Shown here piece by piece: positions 37,317 through 47,921 of a stretch of 64,000 bases of DNA (position 1 is its first letter; each line of letters begins with the position of its first letter). The stretch is taken from assembly GCA_964561085.1 (NCBI GenBank), contig CAZLNP010000001.1:147201-211200 (forward strand), in the 5' to 3' direction. The translations under genes were made by a program, and so were the position numbers. This stretch comes from an uncultured Candidatus Saccharibacteria bacterium. Lineage in GTDB: Bacteria; Patescibacteriota; Doudnabacteria; UBA920. Below the pieces are notes generated by a model, which ran no database searches, was not told where the DNA came from, and saw only the letters and a list, made by a program, of their open reading frames with translations.

Positions 37317-38171
37317 TTAAGGCTTGGCGCCTTCTTCCGAAATATTGTTTTGAGTCCGATCAAGCAACCTGACTCCCATTCCATTATCGGAATAACCGCC
37401 AGCGGAAACGACTGTCATTTTATAGTCTCCTGGCGGAAGATAAACATCCTTCAAATTAGAAAAATCCAATTCGATGAATCCATTCCGCATTCTTACGGAC
37501 TCTGCCGGGACACTCCAAGTGTAACTGTCCGGCAGCTGCAAAAGCACACCGGCGATACTGCCGAAGTTTCCGAAGATATAAAATCTCGGTAGACTTCCTG
37601 AGTATCCCGCGGATGCTCTTGTTATCATCTGCCTGGGAACTGTTCCAACGATCCCGAAGTTTCGCTTGGCAGTATATTGCCTCACTACATTCCCTGTGAC
37701 CGAAACAATCTTATAACCCAACACGCCGCCGGGTTCCGAATAGTTCGGTTTCTTTCCATTGTCCAGGTTGTAATACAGATACCCGGCCGGCACTTCTTCT
37801 TCCGAATACCAGGCACTAAGAACATGCTCTTCGCCGTTCGGTGCGATCTGAACTCCGTAATACAAAGTGCCAGCAGGTAAAGTGTTTACCGAGAAAGCGT
37901 TAGCGGTGATTCCGCTATTGTATACATCGCCCGTAATTTGAATCGCAAAAACCGGGGGCTGACCAGTCATGTCGGATGAGTTATCAAAGTTCGCAACAGG
38001 CGAACTTGCGACCAATTCCATAGCCCGGGTCTTTTCGGCCGTTGTTGCCAACCTGATATTGGCTGTCTTCCCAGCGACTAGAGGCGGATTGACGCGGACC
38101 TGAGCACCAACACTCGAAGAAGTGGCGATTAACGCCACAAACAAAAAAGCGAAAAAAGTTAAAGTTTTCAT
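37317..38171 (-). CDS. Hypothetical secreted protein (about 284 aa), compositionally GC-rich relative to its neighbours.
   Basis: The ORF track starts at 38270. The internal Met 'MKTLTFFAFLFVALIATSSSVGAQ' at 38171 is a classic signal peptide. Many GC-rich codons (about 50% GC by eye). Confidence 0.55.
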   Translation of the reverse strand: MKTLTFFAFLFVALIATSSSVGAQVRVNPPLVAGKTANIRLATTAEKTRAMELVASSPVANFDNSSDMTGQPPVFAIQITGDVYNSGITANAFSVNTLPAGTLYYGVQIAPNGEEHVLSAWYSEEEVPAGYLYYNLDNGKKPNYSEPGGVLGYKIVSVTGNVVRQYTAKRNFGIVGTVPRQMITRASAGYSGSLPRFYIFGNFGSIAGVLLQLPDSYTWSVPAESVRMRNGFIELDFSNLKDVYLPPGDYKMTVVSAGGYSDNGMGVRLLDRTQNNISEEGAKP

Positions 38172-38313
38172 TGATTCTCCTAATAGTTTAAGTCTGTGTT
38201 TGTTTTTCCCTAGTCCAGAACTACATAAATTTGCAGAACTTCCAGAGTTTTCACCACGAGATTGTACCATATTTATATGATTTTGTCAATGCTAAAAGCT
38301 TAATATTGAAACT

Positions 38314-38342
38314 AAAAAACCGCATATAACAGCGGTTTTTTT
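38314..38342. terminator. Bidirectional terminator downstream of the pilB-like gene (ACCGC-loop-GCGGT flanked by A/T runs).
   Basis: Inverted repeat with flanking A6 and T7. Confidence 0.55.
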
Positions 38343-38362
38343 ACATATATTAACAAATAGCT

Positions 38363-40006
38363 CTACCCCACCACCCTAAACACTTCTTCTACATCTGTAA
38401 TCTTATTCAAGGCCTTAATCAAACCATCTTGGGCCATGCTAATTGTGCCGTTAGCGTGAGCAAGTTTTTTGATATCAATAACGGAAGACTCTTTCAAGAT
38501 CAGCTCTCGCATCTCATCATTTACTTCTACTACCTCGTAAACGCCCATGCGTCCTTTATATCCCATTCCCCCACATTCGGAACACCCATCAGAATGATAG
38601 AACACTAACTTCCCGTCTGCACTTCTTGGAATTTCTACTCCTGCGCTTTCAGGGATATCGGCAATTAACTTTTCAACTTTTTCTTGTAGTTTAGTTGGTA
38701 GCTCTGCTGGCTTCATACAAGATTGGCAAATTCGACGAACGAGTCGTTGCGCTAAGATTGCATTCAATGCTGGAGCAATAGTGAACGCCTTCACGCCCAT
38801 TGTTATTAATCGAGGAACGGCGCCGGCAGCATCATTTGTGTGGAGTGTAGACAAAACTATGTGTCCAGTAAGTGCAGCTTGCAATGCAGTCTCTGCAGTT
38901 TCCGGATCACGAATTTCTCCAACCATTACGATGTCAGGATCTTGACGAAGAACTGCTCTCAAACCTTTTGCAAAATTAAAATCAACGCGGTGATCAATTG
39001 GTGTTTGCTGAATGCCTTCAACTTTATATTCAACTGGATCTTCTAAGGTAATAATTTTCACACCAGGTTCATTTAGTTCACGTAAAAACGCGTACAAGGT
39101 TGTTGTCTTACCAGAACCTGTTGGACCAGTAGTTAGAATCATGCCGTTAGGTTTATCAAGTTGTTCTTTCACAACTTCACCAGCGCGTCCTTGAATTCCC
39201 AAATCTGCAACTCTTACATCTACTGCACCAATACCTAACAAACGCATTACGATAGCTTCACCGTAACTTGATGGCAAAATAGAAACACGTACATCTAATG
39301 GTTCATTATTGTACATCACAGTGAAGCGGCCATCTTGAGAAACATTATTAACATTTAGTTTTAACTTAGCTAACAACTTGATGCGTGAGATTACACTGTT
39401 GTGAGAAGTCTTTGGCATTTGAGCTGCATCATGCAAAACACCATCTATACGAAGCCTCACTTTTACCATATGTTCTTCTGGTTCTAAGTGGATGTCGGAA
39501 GATCCTTGTCTTACCGCAGCACCAAACATAGCGGTTAGTAGATCGCTAGCGTTTGTAGTTTCGTTCTGCATAAGCGCCTGCAGCTCATCTTGAGAGCCAG
39601 CATCGCCAAACTTAATAGAGTCCTGAAAAGTCGTAAGAGGTCTTACAACCTTACTATAGAACTTCATTGTTGCTTCGTAACTGGATGCAGAAATATAGTA
39701 CAACTCTACTTTGTGATCTTTCGATAGATCAGCGACTTTAGCTTTTAATGCTGGATTTTCTGGCTCATTTGTCCCTAGACGTAGATCGCGATGGTCTTTG
39801 TAAAAAGGAACAGCTTTAATATCGCGAGCTTCCTGTTCGGTAATAATAGATAGCGCCGTAAGATCTAATGGAAAATTTTGTAAATTTATATACTGCATAC
39901 CTAAAGAATTAGCGCGTCCTTGGGACTCGCGTTCTTCTATGTTGCGCTTCTCATCTTCTAGTGCGCGTGTTAGATCTTTAGGATTGCTTGATAAAAAATT
40001 ACTCAT
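38363..40006 (-). CDS. pilB: Type IV pilus assembly / type II secretion ATPase (GspE/PilB family, 547 aa).
   Basis: Walker A 'GPTGSGKTTT', Asp/His boxes, tetracysteine motif 'CQSC...CSEC', N-terminal GspE_N-like domain. Confidence 0.85.
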   Translation of the reverse strand: MSNFLSSNPKDLTRALEDEKRNIEERESQGRANSLGMQYINLQNFPLDLTALSIITEQEARDIKAVPFYKDHRDLRLGTNEPENPALKAKVADLSKDHKVELYYISASSYEATMKFYSKVVRPLTTFQDSIKFGDAGSQDELQALMQNETTNASDLLTAMFGAAVRQGSSDIHLEPEEHMVKVRLRIDGVLHDAAQMPKTSHNSVISRIKLLAKLKLNVNNVSQDGRFTVMYNNEPLDVRVSILPSSYGEAIVMRLLGIGAVDVRVADLGIQGRAGEVVKEQLDKPNGMILTTGPTGSGKTTTLYAFLRELNEPGVKIITLEDPVEYKVEGIQQTPIDHRVDFNFAKGLRAVLRQDPDIVMVGEIRDPETAETALQAALTGHIVLSTLHTNDAAGAVPRLITMGVKAFTIAPALNAILAQRLVRRICQSCMKPAELPTKLQEKVEKLIADIPESAGVEIPRSADGKLVFYHSDGCSECGGMGYKGRMGVYEVVEVNDEMRELILKESSVIDIKKLAHANGTISMAQDGLIKALNKITDVEEVFRVVG

Positions 40007-40050
40007 TTTGTTTTATTTTGTTTCAAAAAAAAGAAGGCTCTAGGCCTTCA

Positions 40051-41220
40051 TTATACCACAGAATTGCGGTTCTCAATTAGTTTATTTAACTGTTGCTGGA
40101 CTAGCTCTAGGTCGTTGTTAATATGCAGGGAAACGTATTCGTATTTTCCTACTAATGGCAACGGCTTTGAAATAGTTTCTCCGGCAAATACAGAAGACAG
40201 CTTACTTAGATCTTCGAATGGCATCCCCGCTAAAATTAATTGCACTCCACCAGTTGGTAGCTCAGCTAGCAATACGACTAAAGAATAGCCGGTGATCATA
40301 TCTATAATGTCCCCAACAACAATTGGTAGGGATTCAACTGCCACGCCGGTTTTTTCTAAATCGGACTTAGTAACTACAGCTGTAAGGATTTGTTTCTCTG
40401 GCAAAGATACTAAGCGCGCCAATGCTCTCCCCCATAACTGCAGAAGTGGCAAAGGTTTTGTTTTAAATAAGTGTTGAATAATTTCTTGTTGTTTAGCACC
40501 AGCCGAAATCAAACGTGATGCTTTGAACATTGCTTGCGGTGTTGTCTTAGGATCACGGAAGCTAGAAGTCTGGCTAATGATTCCTGATAGCAAAGCAGTA
40601 CTTACGATTTCAGTGTTCAAAACTTCGGGAGTCATCTCTATAATATCCATCACCACTTCTGAAATGCTGCTGGCAGTTGTGTTAACAAGATTAATAGTCC
40701 CAAAGTATTCGTTAGAAGGATTTGTATCTATATTAATGTGTGGGGTTTCAAAAAATAGTTTTGTATTATCAGTGTACAATTTTCCAATCGCTTCAAAGTT
40801 TGCCGCACCTAGAATTATTAGTAGGTCAAAGTTTGCTGCACCGGGAAGAATAGTTACGTCTGTTTCCTTAAACTGGCCATTGTCTTTCGGGGTAATGAAA
40901 ACAGTTAGTCCATCATCAGTTTTTTCATAACGAAGCTCTCCAGGCTGAGCCGTCTTATTTGACACCTTAATTGCTAGTTGATTACTGCTATTTAAAGCAT
41001 CGTATATCTTTGGAGAGTTTTTCAGATAAGCAAGCTCTGCCGGCTCAATACCAAATATGGTAGCAGGTTTTTTCACAGCAATAGCCAAGGTCGTATATAG
41101 AGCAATTGCAGCCCCGACAGCGTCAATATTGGCCTGAATAGGCAAAACTATGGCTATTTGCTTAGCAGCGCCAATGGTCTTTATTATTGTTTCAATTTCT
41201 GGATTTTTTAGATCTGCCAT
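40051..41220 (-). CDS. DHH/DHHA1-like protein with degenerate catalytic motifs (389 aa), immediately upstream of pilB.
   Basis: NrnA-like layout. Motif I is 'IQANIDAVGAA' instead of the DXD/H consensus. 'ETPHINIDTNPSN' sits in place of DHH. A 'PTGGVQLILAG' GGGH-like remnant is present. Confidence 0.45.
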   Translation of the reverse strand: MADLKNPEIETIIKTIGAAKQIAIVLPIQANIDAVGAAIALYTTLAIAVKKPATIFGIEPAELAYLKNSPKIYDALNSSNQLAIKVSNKTAQPGELRYEKTDDGLTVFITPKDNGQFKETDVTILPGAANFDLLIILGAANFEAIGKLYTDNTKLFFETPHINIDTNPSNEYFGTINLVNTTASSISEVVMDIIEMTPEVLNTEIVSTALLSGIISQTSSFRDPKTTPQAMFKASRLISAGAKQQEIIQHLFKTKPLPLLQLWGRALARLVSLPEKQILTAVVTKSDLEKTGVAVESLPIVVGDIIDMITGYSLVVLLAELPTGGVQLILAGMPFEDLSKLSSVFAGETISKPLPLVGKYEYVSLHINNDLELVQQQLNKLIENRNSVV

Positions 41221-41310
41221 TTTTGGATTTATAAGGGTAATAGGTCATTACAGCTTATCACTATAACGAAGTTTACTAATACGGTCAATCGGGCTACAAT
41301 ATAGGTACAA

Positions 41311-41748
41311 ATGAAAGCCTTAACCCCTAAAACCAAGCCTAAACCGAAGATGGGAACAAAGCTCCTCCTTTCGGAAGTGGAATCTGCTGCGAAGAAATTT
41401 GCTAAGGGAATCAAGGGTGGAGAGATATTTGCTCTCATTGGGGAACTCGGCAGTGGCAAAACAACATTTACCAAAGCTTTAGGTAAAGAGCTAGGAATCA
41501 GACAAACGATCTCGAGCCCAACATTTGTGATGATGCAGCAATTCGAGATATCTAGCAGGAAACCAAAACTGTTTTTATATCACCTAGACCTTTACCGAAC
41601 CAAAAATTTTAAAGAAGTTAAATCTCTTGGAATTACTGAGTGGTGGGGTCACCCAGAAACTGTGACTGTAATTGAGTGGGCAGACAAAATCATGAAAGAC
41701 TTACCCTCTAACGCAACAATAATTTATTTAACCCGTGATAAAGAATAA
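41311..41748 (+). CDS. tsaE: tRNA threonylcarbamoyladenosine biosynthesis ATPase TsaE (YjeE family, 145 aa).
   Basis: 'GELGSGKTTFTKAL', 'SPTF', 'LYHLDLYR' motifs. Confidence 0.8.
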   Translation: MKALTPKTKPKPKMGTKLLLSEVESAAKKFAKGIKGGEIFALIGELGSGKTTFTKALGKELGIRQTISSPTFVMMQQFEISSRKPKLFLYHLDLYRTKNFKEVKSLGITEWWGHPETVTVIEWADKIMKDLPSNATIIYLTRDKE

Positions 41749-43051
41749 TCAAACAATTGAATTAAATCGATGCTTCCCTGCTGCAACAGCAATGTTAGCA
41801 GTGGCTGTTTTTTCTTTTGTTTTAATTTCTGCTCCTCAAACAGTAGACGCTGCGGATTCTAAACTAACTCCATTTAGCCAACAACCTGTCCCAACATATA
41901 GTCCAGTACTTTCTACTAGCACGAGCACAGTTGCAAGTGTTCCTGCTAATTTAGTAAAAGAGTGGCGAGGACTGTACACCAAGCGTGCAGGTTCTTTGCT
42001 TACTAACTCAGAACCAAACTACGATGGAACCTTACAAGAATATATTGCTGAATGGCTAGAAGGTCGCGACCACAAAGCCACTACTCGAACATACAAATTC
42101 AATCCAAAGTTAGTTTATGAATGGACTGGCCAAATTGCTAGCAGTGTAAACGCTACTGCAAGCGAGCCATCAATAAAAGTTGAGAAGGGTCGTGTTACTG
42201 AATTCACTCCCCCGCAAACAGGCAAAGCCTTGGACAGATACGCAAGCACTTTGAAGATTATCAACGAACTTGGCAAAGGCAATACTGAAATCGAATTAGA
42301 AGTTAGCTCAACTCAACCAAAGCAATCTTTAGAAGAATTGGGTGGTCTCGGCTTAAAAGAATTAATTGGCCGTGGTGAATCTAAATTTAATGGCAGCCCT
42401 TCAAACCGACGATGGAACATCAAAGTTGGTGTAGAAAAAATGTCTGGAATCATTCTTAAGCCGAATGAAGAATTTAGCTTTAACACCTACTTAGGTGAAG
42501 TAGATGCTTCCACAGGATTCAAACCAGAACTAGTTATTAAGGCAGAAGGTACAATCCCAGAATTTGGTGGTGGTCTATGCCAAGTTTCATCTACTGCTTT
42601 CCGCGCTGCCATGCACGCTGGCTTACCTATTACTGCACGCCGCAATCACTCTTACGCGGTGCAATACTACGCCCCTCAAGGGACTGATGCCACAATTTAC
42701 CCAGGTGTTCAAGATTTAAAGTTTAAAAATGATACCGGCCACAACATTTTAATTTGGCCTTACTTGAAAGATGAAAATTATTTAATCTTTGACTTCTACG
42801 GTACATTCGATGGCCGCAAAATTGAGCTAGGTACTCCTTACGCTTACGACAAAAAAGGAGATGGTTCCATGAAAGCAACATGGAAGCGTACAGTTACTCG
42901 CGTTGGCGAAGAACCTAAAAATGATAACTTCTTCTCTTTGTACCAACCGCCGGCTAAGTTCCACAAACAAGAAGTTTTCCCTACGAAACCGGTAGCGGGA
43001 ACTAAACCAGAAGATATAAAGCCATTCGTCGGCACACCAACAGAAAACTAA
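41735..43051 (+). CDS. VanW-like protein with N-terminal TM anchor (438 aa).
   Basis: '[44 protein letters not shown]' is a VanW domain signature. N-terminal helix '[19 protein letters not shown]'. Confidence 0.7.
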   Translation: MIKNNQTIELNRCFPAATAMLAVAVFSFVLISAPQTVDAADSKLTPFSQQPVPTYSPVLSTSTSTVASVPANLVKEWRGLYTKRAGSLLTNSEPNYDGTLQEYIAEWLEGRDHKATTRTYKFNPKLVYEWTGQIASSVNATASEPSIKVEKGRVTEFTPPQTGKALDRYASTLKIINELGKGNTEIELEVSSTQPKQSLEELGGLGLKELIGRGESKFNGSPSNRRWNIKVGVEKMSGIILKPNEEFSFNTYLGEVDASTGFKPELVIKAEGTIPEFGGGLCQVSSTAFRAAMHAGLPITARRNHSYAVQYYAPQGTDATIYPGVQDLKFKNDTGHNILIWPYLKDENYLIFDFYGTFDGRKIELGTPYAYDKKGDGSMKATWKRTVTRVGEEPKNDNFFSLYQPPAKFHKQEVFPTKPVAGTKPEDIKPFVGTPTEN

Positions 43052-43067
43052 AAACTACAAACACGGC

Positions 43068-44081
43068 ATGATTACTTCCAGCGATTCAGAAATTATTTTA
43101 GAAAACTCAGCAACACCTGAGGATCAAGGGCTGGAGCTAACTCTTCGTCCCCAAACCCTCCCAGACTTTATTGGCCAAGAAGCTCTAAAGTCTAATTTAA
43201 GTATTGTTATTCAAGCTGCAAAGATCCGCCGTGAATCTTTAGAGCATCTTTTACTTTACGGTCCTCCAGGTTTAGGCAAGACCACTCTAGCAAACATTGT
43301 GGCTCGCGAACTTGGCGCTGGTATTAAAACTACATCTGGCCCTGCCATTGAACGTCCTGGTGACGTTGCTTCTTTGCTTACCAATTTAAACGAAGGTGAT
43401 ATTCTTTTCATAGATGAAATTCACCGCTTAAACAAAGTTGCTGAAGAAGTTTTATATCCAGCTTTAGAAGACGGGTCTTTAGATATTATGGTTGGCAAAG
43501 GTCCTGGGGCTCGTAGCGTACGAATGGAGTTGCCATCTTTCACACTTATAGGTGCGACTACCAGAATTGGAATGATCTCTGCTCCATTACGCGATCGTTT
43601 TGGTATGATCTATCATTTAGATTATTACGATCATAAAGATCTACAAAGAATTATTGAACGAGCTGGAAATATTTTAAAAACGGATTTGAGTCCGCAAGCA
43701 GCCGAAGCAATTGCTAAGCGTAGTCGGTTTACTCCACGCATAGGCAACCGCTTACTTAAGCGTGTTCGTGACTTCGCACAGGTTTCTGGCCATGATACAA
43801 TTACCATAGAAGATGCAGAAAGTGCTTTGAAGATGCTAGAGATTGATGAATTCGGTCTAGACAAGCATGACCGGAAAATCCTCTCTACTATTATTGAGAC
43901 TTTCAAAGGTGGCCCAGTTGGATTGAACACCATCGCTGCCTCTACTGGTGAAGAAGAAGATACCATTGCCGATGTCCACGAGCCTTTCTTAATTCGCTCA
44001 GGATTTCTTACTAGAACTCCTAAGGGACGCCAGGCAACAGAATTAGCTTATGAGCATCTTGGTTATGCTCACAAAGATTGA
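43068..44081 (+). CDS. ruvB: Holliday junction ATP-dependent DNA helicase RuvB (337 aa).
   Basis: '[14 protein letters not shown]', 'DEIHRL', sensor motifs, winged-helix C-terminus. Confidence 0.95.
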   Translation: MITSSDSEIILENSATPEDQGLELTLRPQTLPDFIGQEALKSNLSIVIQAAKIRRESLEHLLLYGPPGLGKTTLANIVARELGAGIKTTSGPAIERPGDVASLLTNLNEGDILFIDEIHRLNKVAEEVLYPALEDGSLDIMVGKGPGARSVRMELPSFTLIGATTRIGMISAPLRDRFGMIYHLDYYDHKDLQRIIERAGNILKTDLSPQAAEAIAKRSRFTPRIGNRLLKRVRDFAQVSGHDTITIEDAESALKMLEIDEFGLDKHDRKILSTIIETFKGGPVGLNTIAASTGEEEDTIADVHEPFLIRSGFLTRTPKGRQATELAYEHLGYAHKD

Positions 44082-44098
44082 TATAAATTTTTAAACAC

Positions 44099-44305
44099 AT
44101 GGGACAAGATCTAACTAGTCAGCTCAGTACAATAGCATTTTTTGTTATAGTAGGGTTCTTCGCGCTAATCTCCTTACTAGCAATGTTTATATTCATCCGA
44201 TACGGCCGCAAACCAACTTTCACAATTGCTGTAAGTTTGGTGTTTGGGGCCATTTTCTTTTTAGGCACAATTACTGCTTTAGTAACTTTGCAGAAACTAT
44301 TTTAA
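44099..44305 (+). CDS. Small membrane protein (68 aa, 2 TM).
   Basis: Two hydrophobic helices. Tightly spaced between ruvB and the next ORF. Confidence 0.4.
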   Translation: MGQDLTSQLSTIAFFVIVGFFALISLLAMFIFIRYGRKPTFTIAVSLVFGAIFFLGTITALVTLQKLF

Positions 44306-44307
44306 TT

Positions 44308-44865
44308 ATGCATAACCAACCCATCACTTACGAAAAGCTTTTCCCTAGCCAACAGCCAAATGAAAAAATTGTTTTGGTTGTTAGAGAACATTGGTTTAGG
44401 TTGTTCTCCAAGGTGGTGCTCGTAGGAATCTTTTCTTTAGTTCCATATCTTGTGAAGTTGTTGATATTTGAAACTGACCTGCTACAAATCACTTCAACAG
44501 TTGATGGGATTATCACAGCGTTCGGCTACGTTTACTATCTCGGTCTACTTGTGGCGTTGTTCATTATTTTTGTTTTATACTATTTGAATTTACACATTGT
44601 TAGCGAAGAACGTATTGTCGACATAGACCAAGTAGGGCTTCTGTTCCATGAAGTTTCCGAGCTAAACATAGAAACAATAGAAGATGTGACCAGCCAAACA
44701 AAAGGTCTAATTGGAAACGTTCTAGACTACGGCACTGTATTTATTCAAACCGCAGGAGCAACAGAACGTTTTGAATTTGAAAACGTGTCGAACCCTGCAA
44801 AGATAGCAAGTGTTATTCTAGAACTGTATGAACAACACGGCCAGAAAGCTAAGCCAAAAGCTTAA
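44308..44865 (+). CDS. Membrane protein with two N-terminal TM helices and a soluble C-terminal domain (185 aa; bacterial PH-like topology).
   Basis: Topology read from the translation. 3-nt gap to the preceding small ORF. Confidence 0.4.
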   Translation: MHNQPITYEKLFPSQQPNEKIVLVVREHWFRLFSKVVLVGIFSLVPYLVKLLIFETDLLQITSTVDGIITAFGYVYYLGLLVALFIIFVLYYLNLHIVSEERIVDIDQVGLLFHEVSELNIETIEDVTSQTKGLIGNVLDYGTVFIQTAGATERFEFENVSNPAKIASVILELYEQHGQKAKPKA

Positions 44866-44908
44866 ACTTAACTGGTTCGGATCACCCTTAATCTTTTAAC
44901 TCCACTTT

Positions 44909-45997
44909 ATGAATATTTTAATTTTTGCAGGCGGGTCTGGCACCCGTCTTTGGCCAGCTAGTCGTAAATCTAAACCTAAGCAATTACTTAAGTTAATAGA
45001 CAACAAAACTCTATTGCAGAACACTTATGAACGCTGCTTGCAATGGACAGAAAAAAATCAGATTTACGTTGCCACATTGAGCGAATACAAAGATTTAATT
45101 CAGAAGCAGCTTCCTGGGATCCCTGCCTCTCATTATTCTCTTGAGCCAGCACTTCGTGACCGCGGCCCTGCAATTGCTTTGGCTGCATTGATTATGAACC
45201 ACCAAGACCCAAGCTCAATGTTCATGACCATGTGGAGCGACCATAACATTAACGAGAAGTCTGGGTATTTTAAAAAGTTATTAGCAAATGCTGAGAAATA
45301 CTTAAACGATAACCCTACGGCTACTTTAACAATTGGTGTTCCCCCAACTTTTGCTCACACTGGCTTTGGCTACATCAAAAAAGGTTCTAAGGTTTCTAAT
45401 AAATACGGACTTCCTTTATATAAAGTTGATTCGTTCACCGAGAAGCCTAACCAAGCTAAAGCTGAAAAATTCTTAGCTAGTAAAAAGTATCTTTGGAATA
45501 GTGGTTACTTCATATGGAAAACAGATACTCTCCTAAAGCTTTATGAGCAACATTTGCCAGAAGTCCATACAATCTTAATGAAGATAAAGCCTCACTTAGG
45601 AACCAAGAATCAACAAAAAGCAATTGATCAATGGTATCCAAAAATGCCGAAGGTCGAAGTAGAAGATGGGATCATCGAAAAAATCAAAAATAATCTACTT
45701 ACGATTGAAGCAAAATTTGATTGGATAGATGTTGGTAGCTGGAAAGTTATCAAAGATACTCAAACAAAGAAACGCGACGAAAATATTGTTCAGGGCTTAC
45801 ACTTAGACCACGATAGTAAGAACACTTTGGTCTATAACTACAATCCGAAACAATTAGTAACAACACTTAGCACTAAGGAGTTGGTAATAGTTGTGACTGA
45901 AGACGCTATCCTCATTGCCGACAAAGACTCAAGTACTGAACTCAAAAAGCTTACTGCAAAATTAAAAGAAGATCCGAAGTTGAAGAAGTACTTATAA
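44909..45997 (+). CDS. manC: Mannose-1-phosphate guanylyltransferase-like nucleotidyltransferase (362 aa).
   Basis: N-terminus 'MNILIFAGGSGTRLWPASRKSKPKQLL' (sugar-nucleotidyltransferase G-rich loop). Length and layout match GMP/ManC. Confidence 0.75.
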   Translation: MNILIFAGGSGTRLWPASRKSKPKQLLKLIDNKTLLQNTYERCLQWTEKNQIYVATLSEYKDLIQKQLPGIPASHYSLEPALRDRGPAIALAALIMNHQDPSSMFMTMWSDHNINEKSGYFKKLLANAEKYLNDNPTATLTIGVPPTFAHTGFGYIKKGSKVSNKYGLPLYKVDSFTEKPNQAKAEKFLASKKYLWNSGYFIWKTDTLLKLYEQHLPEVHTILMKIKPHLGTKNQQKAIDQWYPKMPKVEVEDGIIEKIKNNLLTIEAKFDWIDVGSWKVIKDTQTKKRDENIVQGLHLDHDSKNTLVYNYNPKQLVTTLSTKELVIVVTEDAILIADKDSSTELKKLTAKLKEDPKLKKYL

Positions 45998-46004
45998 ATA
46001 AAAA

Positions 46005-46037
46005 GAGACCGCGTTCAATTAAGAACGCGGCTTTTTT
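46005..46037. terminator. Bidirectional terminator (CCGCGTTC-AATTAA-GAACGCGG plus T6) between manC-like and the methyltransferase gene.
   Basis: Perfect 8-bp stem and T-run. Confidence 0.7.
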
Positions 46038-46043
46038 GCCAAA

Positions 46044-46958
46044 TTATTGAGGTTTATAACCCACAATAATTTCTTTGTTAGGAATAAGCTTAATGTCATC
46101 CTCAGTTTCTTCGTAATGCATTTGGTCTTTTACATGGCTTGGCACTGTTGCCATGTATTGCTTTGCGAAGTTAACTAATTCAGTACATCGCTGTTTCCCT
46201 ACAACTGCTAGAGATAATTCATCTTCAGCAGAAAGTATTCCCTTTTGCTCTTGTAATTCTAAGCGCACTCTCGACACTAACTCCGACTCACGGACACGCA
46301 TTGTTAAACGCGCATCGACTTCGTGGGCCACAGTTGTATTTTCAAACCCAGCTTGGTTAAGAGCCTCAAGTATTTCGTCTTGACGGGCGAAATAGCGATT
46401 AATAACAAGGCTGTCGAATCCTGCGATCTCATCTTTTTTACGAATGAGGTCTTGGAACACTTTTTGGACTTCTGCATCATGGAAAGACAAGTCCCATGTT
46501 ACGAATTTTCCTCCTGGTTTTAATATTCGTCTAACCTCACGCAGGATGTCGACTTGGTCCTGCTTCGGAACTTCGTGCAAACCCATTTTAATCACTACGG
46601 TATCGAACATACCATCGTCGTAGGGTGTGCGTCTCATATCTGCGGTAACCCTATGGTCTGCAGGAATTTGTGGGAAGTCGGCGTTGGCCCGAGCAATTTG
46701 CACAGGACTTTCGTCTAGCGCATAAATTTCAGGGACAAAGCCCTTAGCATTCGAGGTCTCCCAAATAGCTTGGGAAGGAGCCCCATAACCATCCATGCCA
46801 GAGAGAATCACTTCCCCTGGGCGAGGATCTATAATCTCAAGAAACTTAGTCCAGTCCTGTTTCTTGTGATTATGGATCACACCAAAATCCACAATGCGGT
46901 CGTTAAAGCTTATTTTACGACCAACCTGTAAACGCTCGATTGTATTTGTCTTATTCAT
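46044..46958 (-). CDS. Class I SAM-dependent methyltransferase (304 aa).
   Basis: 'VILSGMDGYG' SAM-binding motif I-like region. 'FDTVVIKMGLHEV...ILKPGGKFV' is typical of Methyltransf_11-like proteins. Confidence 0.6.
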   Translation of the reverse strand: MNKTNTIERLQVGRKISFNDRIVDFGVIHNHKKQDWTKFLEIIDPRPGEVILSGMDGYGAPSQAIWETSNAKGFVPEIYALDESPVQIARANADFPQIPADHRVTADMRRTPYDDGMFDTVVIKMGLHEVPKQDQVDILREVRRILKPGGKFVTWDLSFHDAEVQKVFQDLIRKKDEIAGFDSLVINRYFARQDEILEALNQAGFENTTVAHEVDARLTMRVRESELVSRVRLELQEQKGILSAEDELSLAVVGKQRCTELVNFAKQYMATVPSHVKDQMHYEETEDDIKLIPNKEIIVGYKPQ

Positions 46959-47114
46959 AGTGTTAATTATTAAGTTTACTGGCCATAATAATTAACTTTG
47001 CAAAAATCGTCTATATGTTTAGGCGTAATATTTTGTGTAACACCTTATTTAATTGACTTTTATTACATATTTTGCTATAATAATTAAGTTAGACGACTAA
47101 CTTTTTCGCCGTTT

Positions 47115-47882
47115 ATGGAAAATAGCTTAAATACATACTTAGAAGAATTAGGGCTTTCAGACAAAGAGGTATCTTTATACTTAGCGTCTTTGGAATTAGG
47201 CGAAAGCTATATTCTTCCTATAGCGCGCAAAACTGGTATCCCCCGTACATCAGCTGTTTACTTGTTAGAGAAGCTGAGAGATCGTGGATTGATTACCATT
47301 CTAAAAAAAGGTGCGCGTCATATTTATATACCAACTGCACCTTCTAAAATCTCTACATTATTAAAAAACAAGCGAGTTAAGCTAGATGAACAAATAAATA
47401 TTTTTGATTTGTCTCTTCCAGATTTAAATCGTCTCTATGGCAGCAAGCATTTTGCAACTCAAGTAAAGTTTTTTCGAGGCCGGGATGAAGTCCGTAAGAT
47501 GTATGATGAAATGCTCACATATCCTATAAAAGAAATTGTTTATACTGGCGAAGTAGATAAGATGGAAGCGGCCTTGGGTCAACAATGGTTGCGAGGATGG
47601 ATCAAGCGTCGCATCCAAACAAAGATTCAAACTAGAGGAGTTCGCGTAAGGCATTTAGAATTAGAAGATGATTTATACGGAAGCTCGCCCAGCCTAATGA
47701 GAAAAATAAGATTTGCCCCAGATGGATTTACCAGCCCCTCAAATATTCTTATATATGCAGACAATGTAACCATAATGTCTACGGATAAAGAGAGCTTAGG
47801 AGTAGTAATAACTTCTAGAGATTTTGCGAAAAGTATGAAGTCGTGGTTCAAACAAATTTGGGACAACTCTACAGAGAAATAA
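47115..47882 (+). CDS. TrmB-family transcriptional regulator (255 aa).
   Basis: N-terminal winged HTH 'LGLSDKEVSLYLASLELGESYILPIARKTGIPRTSAVYLLEKLRDRGLI' is typical of TrmB. Confidence 0.6.
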   Translation: MENSLNTYLEELGLSDKEVSLYLASLELGESYILPIARKTGIPRTSAVYLLEKLRDRGLITILKKGARHIYIPTAPSKISTLLKNKRVKLDEQINIFDLSLPDLNRLYGSKHFATQVKFFRGRDEVRKMYDEMLTYPIKEIVYTGEVDKMEAALGQQWLRGWIKRRIQTKIQTRGVRVRHLELEDDLYGSSPSLMRKIRFAPDGFTSPSNILIYADNVTIMSTDKESLGVVITSRDFAKSMKSWFKQIWDNSTEK

Positions 47883-47883
47883 A

Positions 47884-47912
47884 AAACAGCACTCACAATG
47901 AGCGCTGTTTTA
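47884..47912. terminator. Bidirectional terminator (CAGCACTCA-CAA-TGAGCGCTG, one mismatch) between the trmB-like gene and recF.
   Basis: Imperfect 9-bp inverted repeat flanked by A6 and T4. Confidence 0.55.
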
Positions 47913-47921
47913 AATATATAT

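Noticed and set aside
41229-41474. 81-aa minus-strand ORF overlapping the start of tsaE.
   Set aside because: It overlaps a well-supported TsaE N-terminus with its P-loop. Its translation is hydrophobic low complexity. It is probably spurious.
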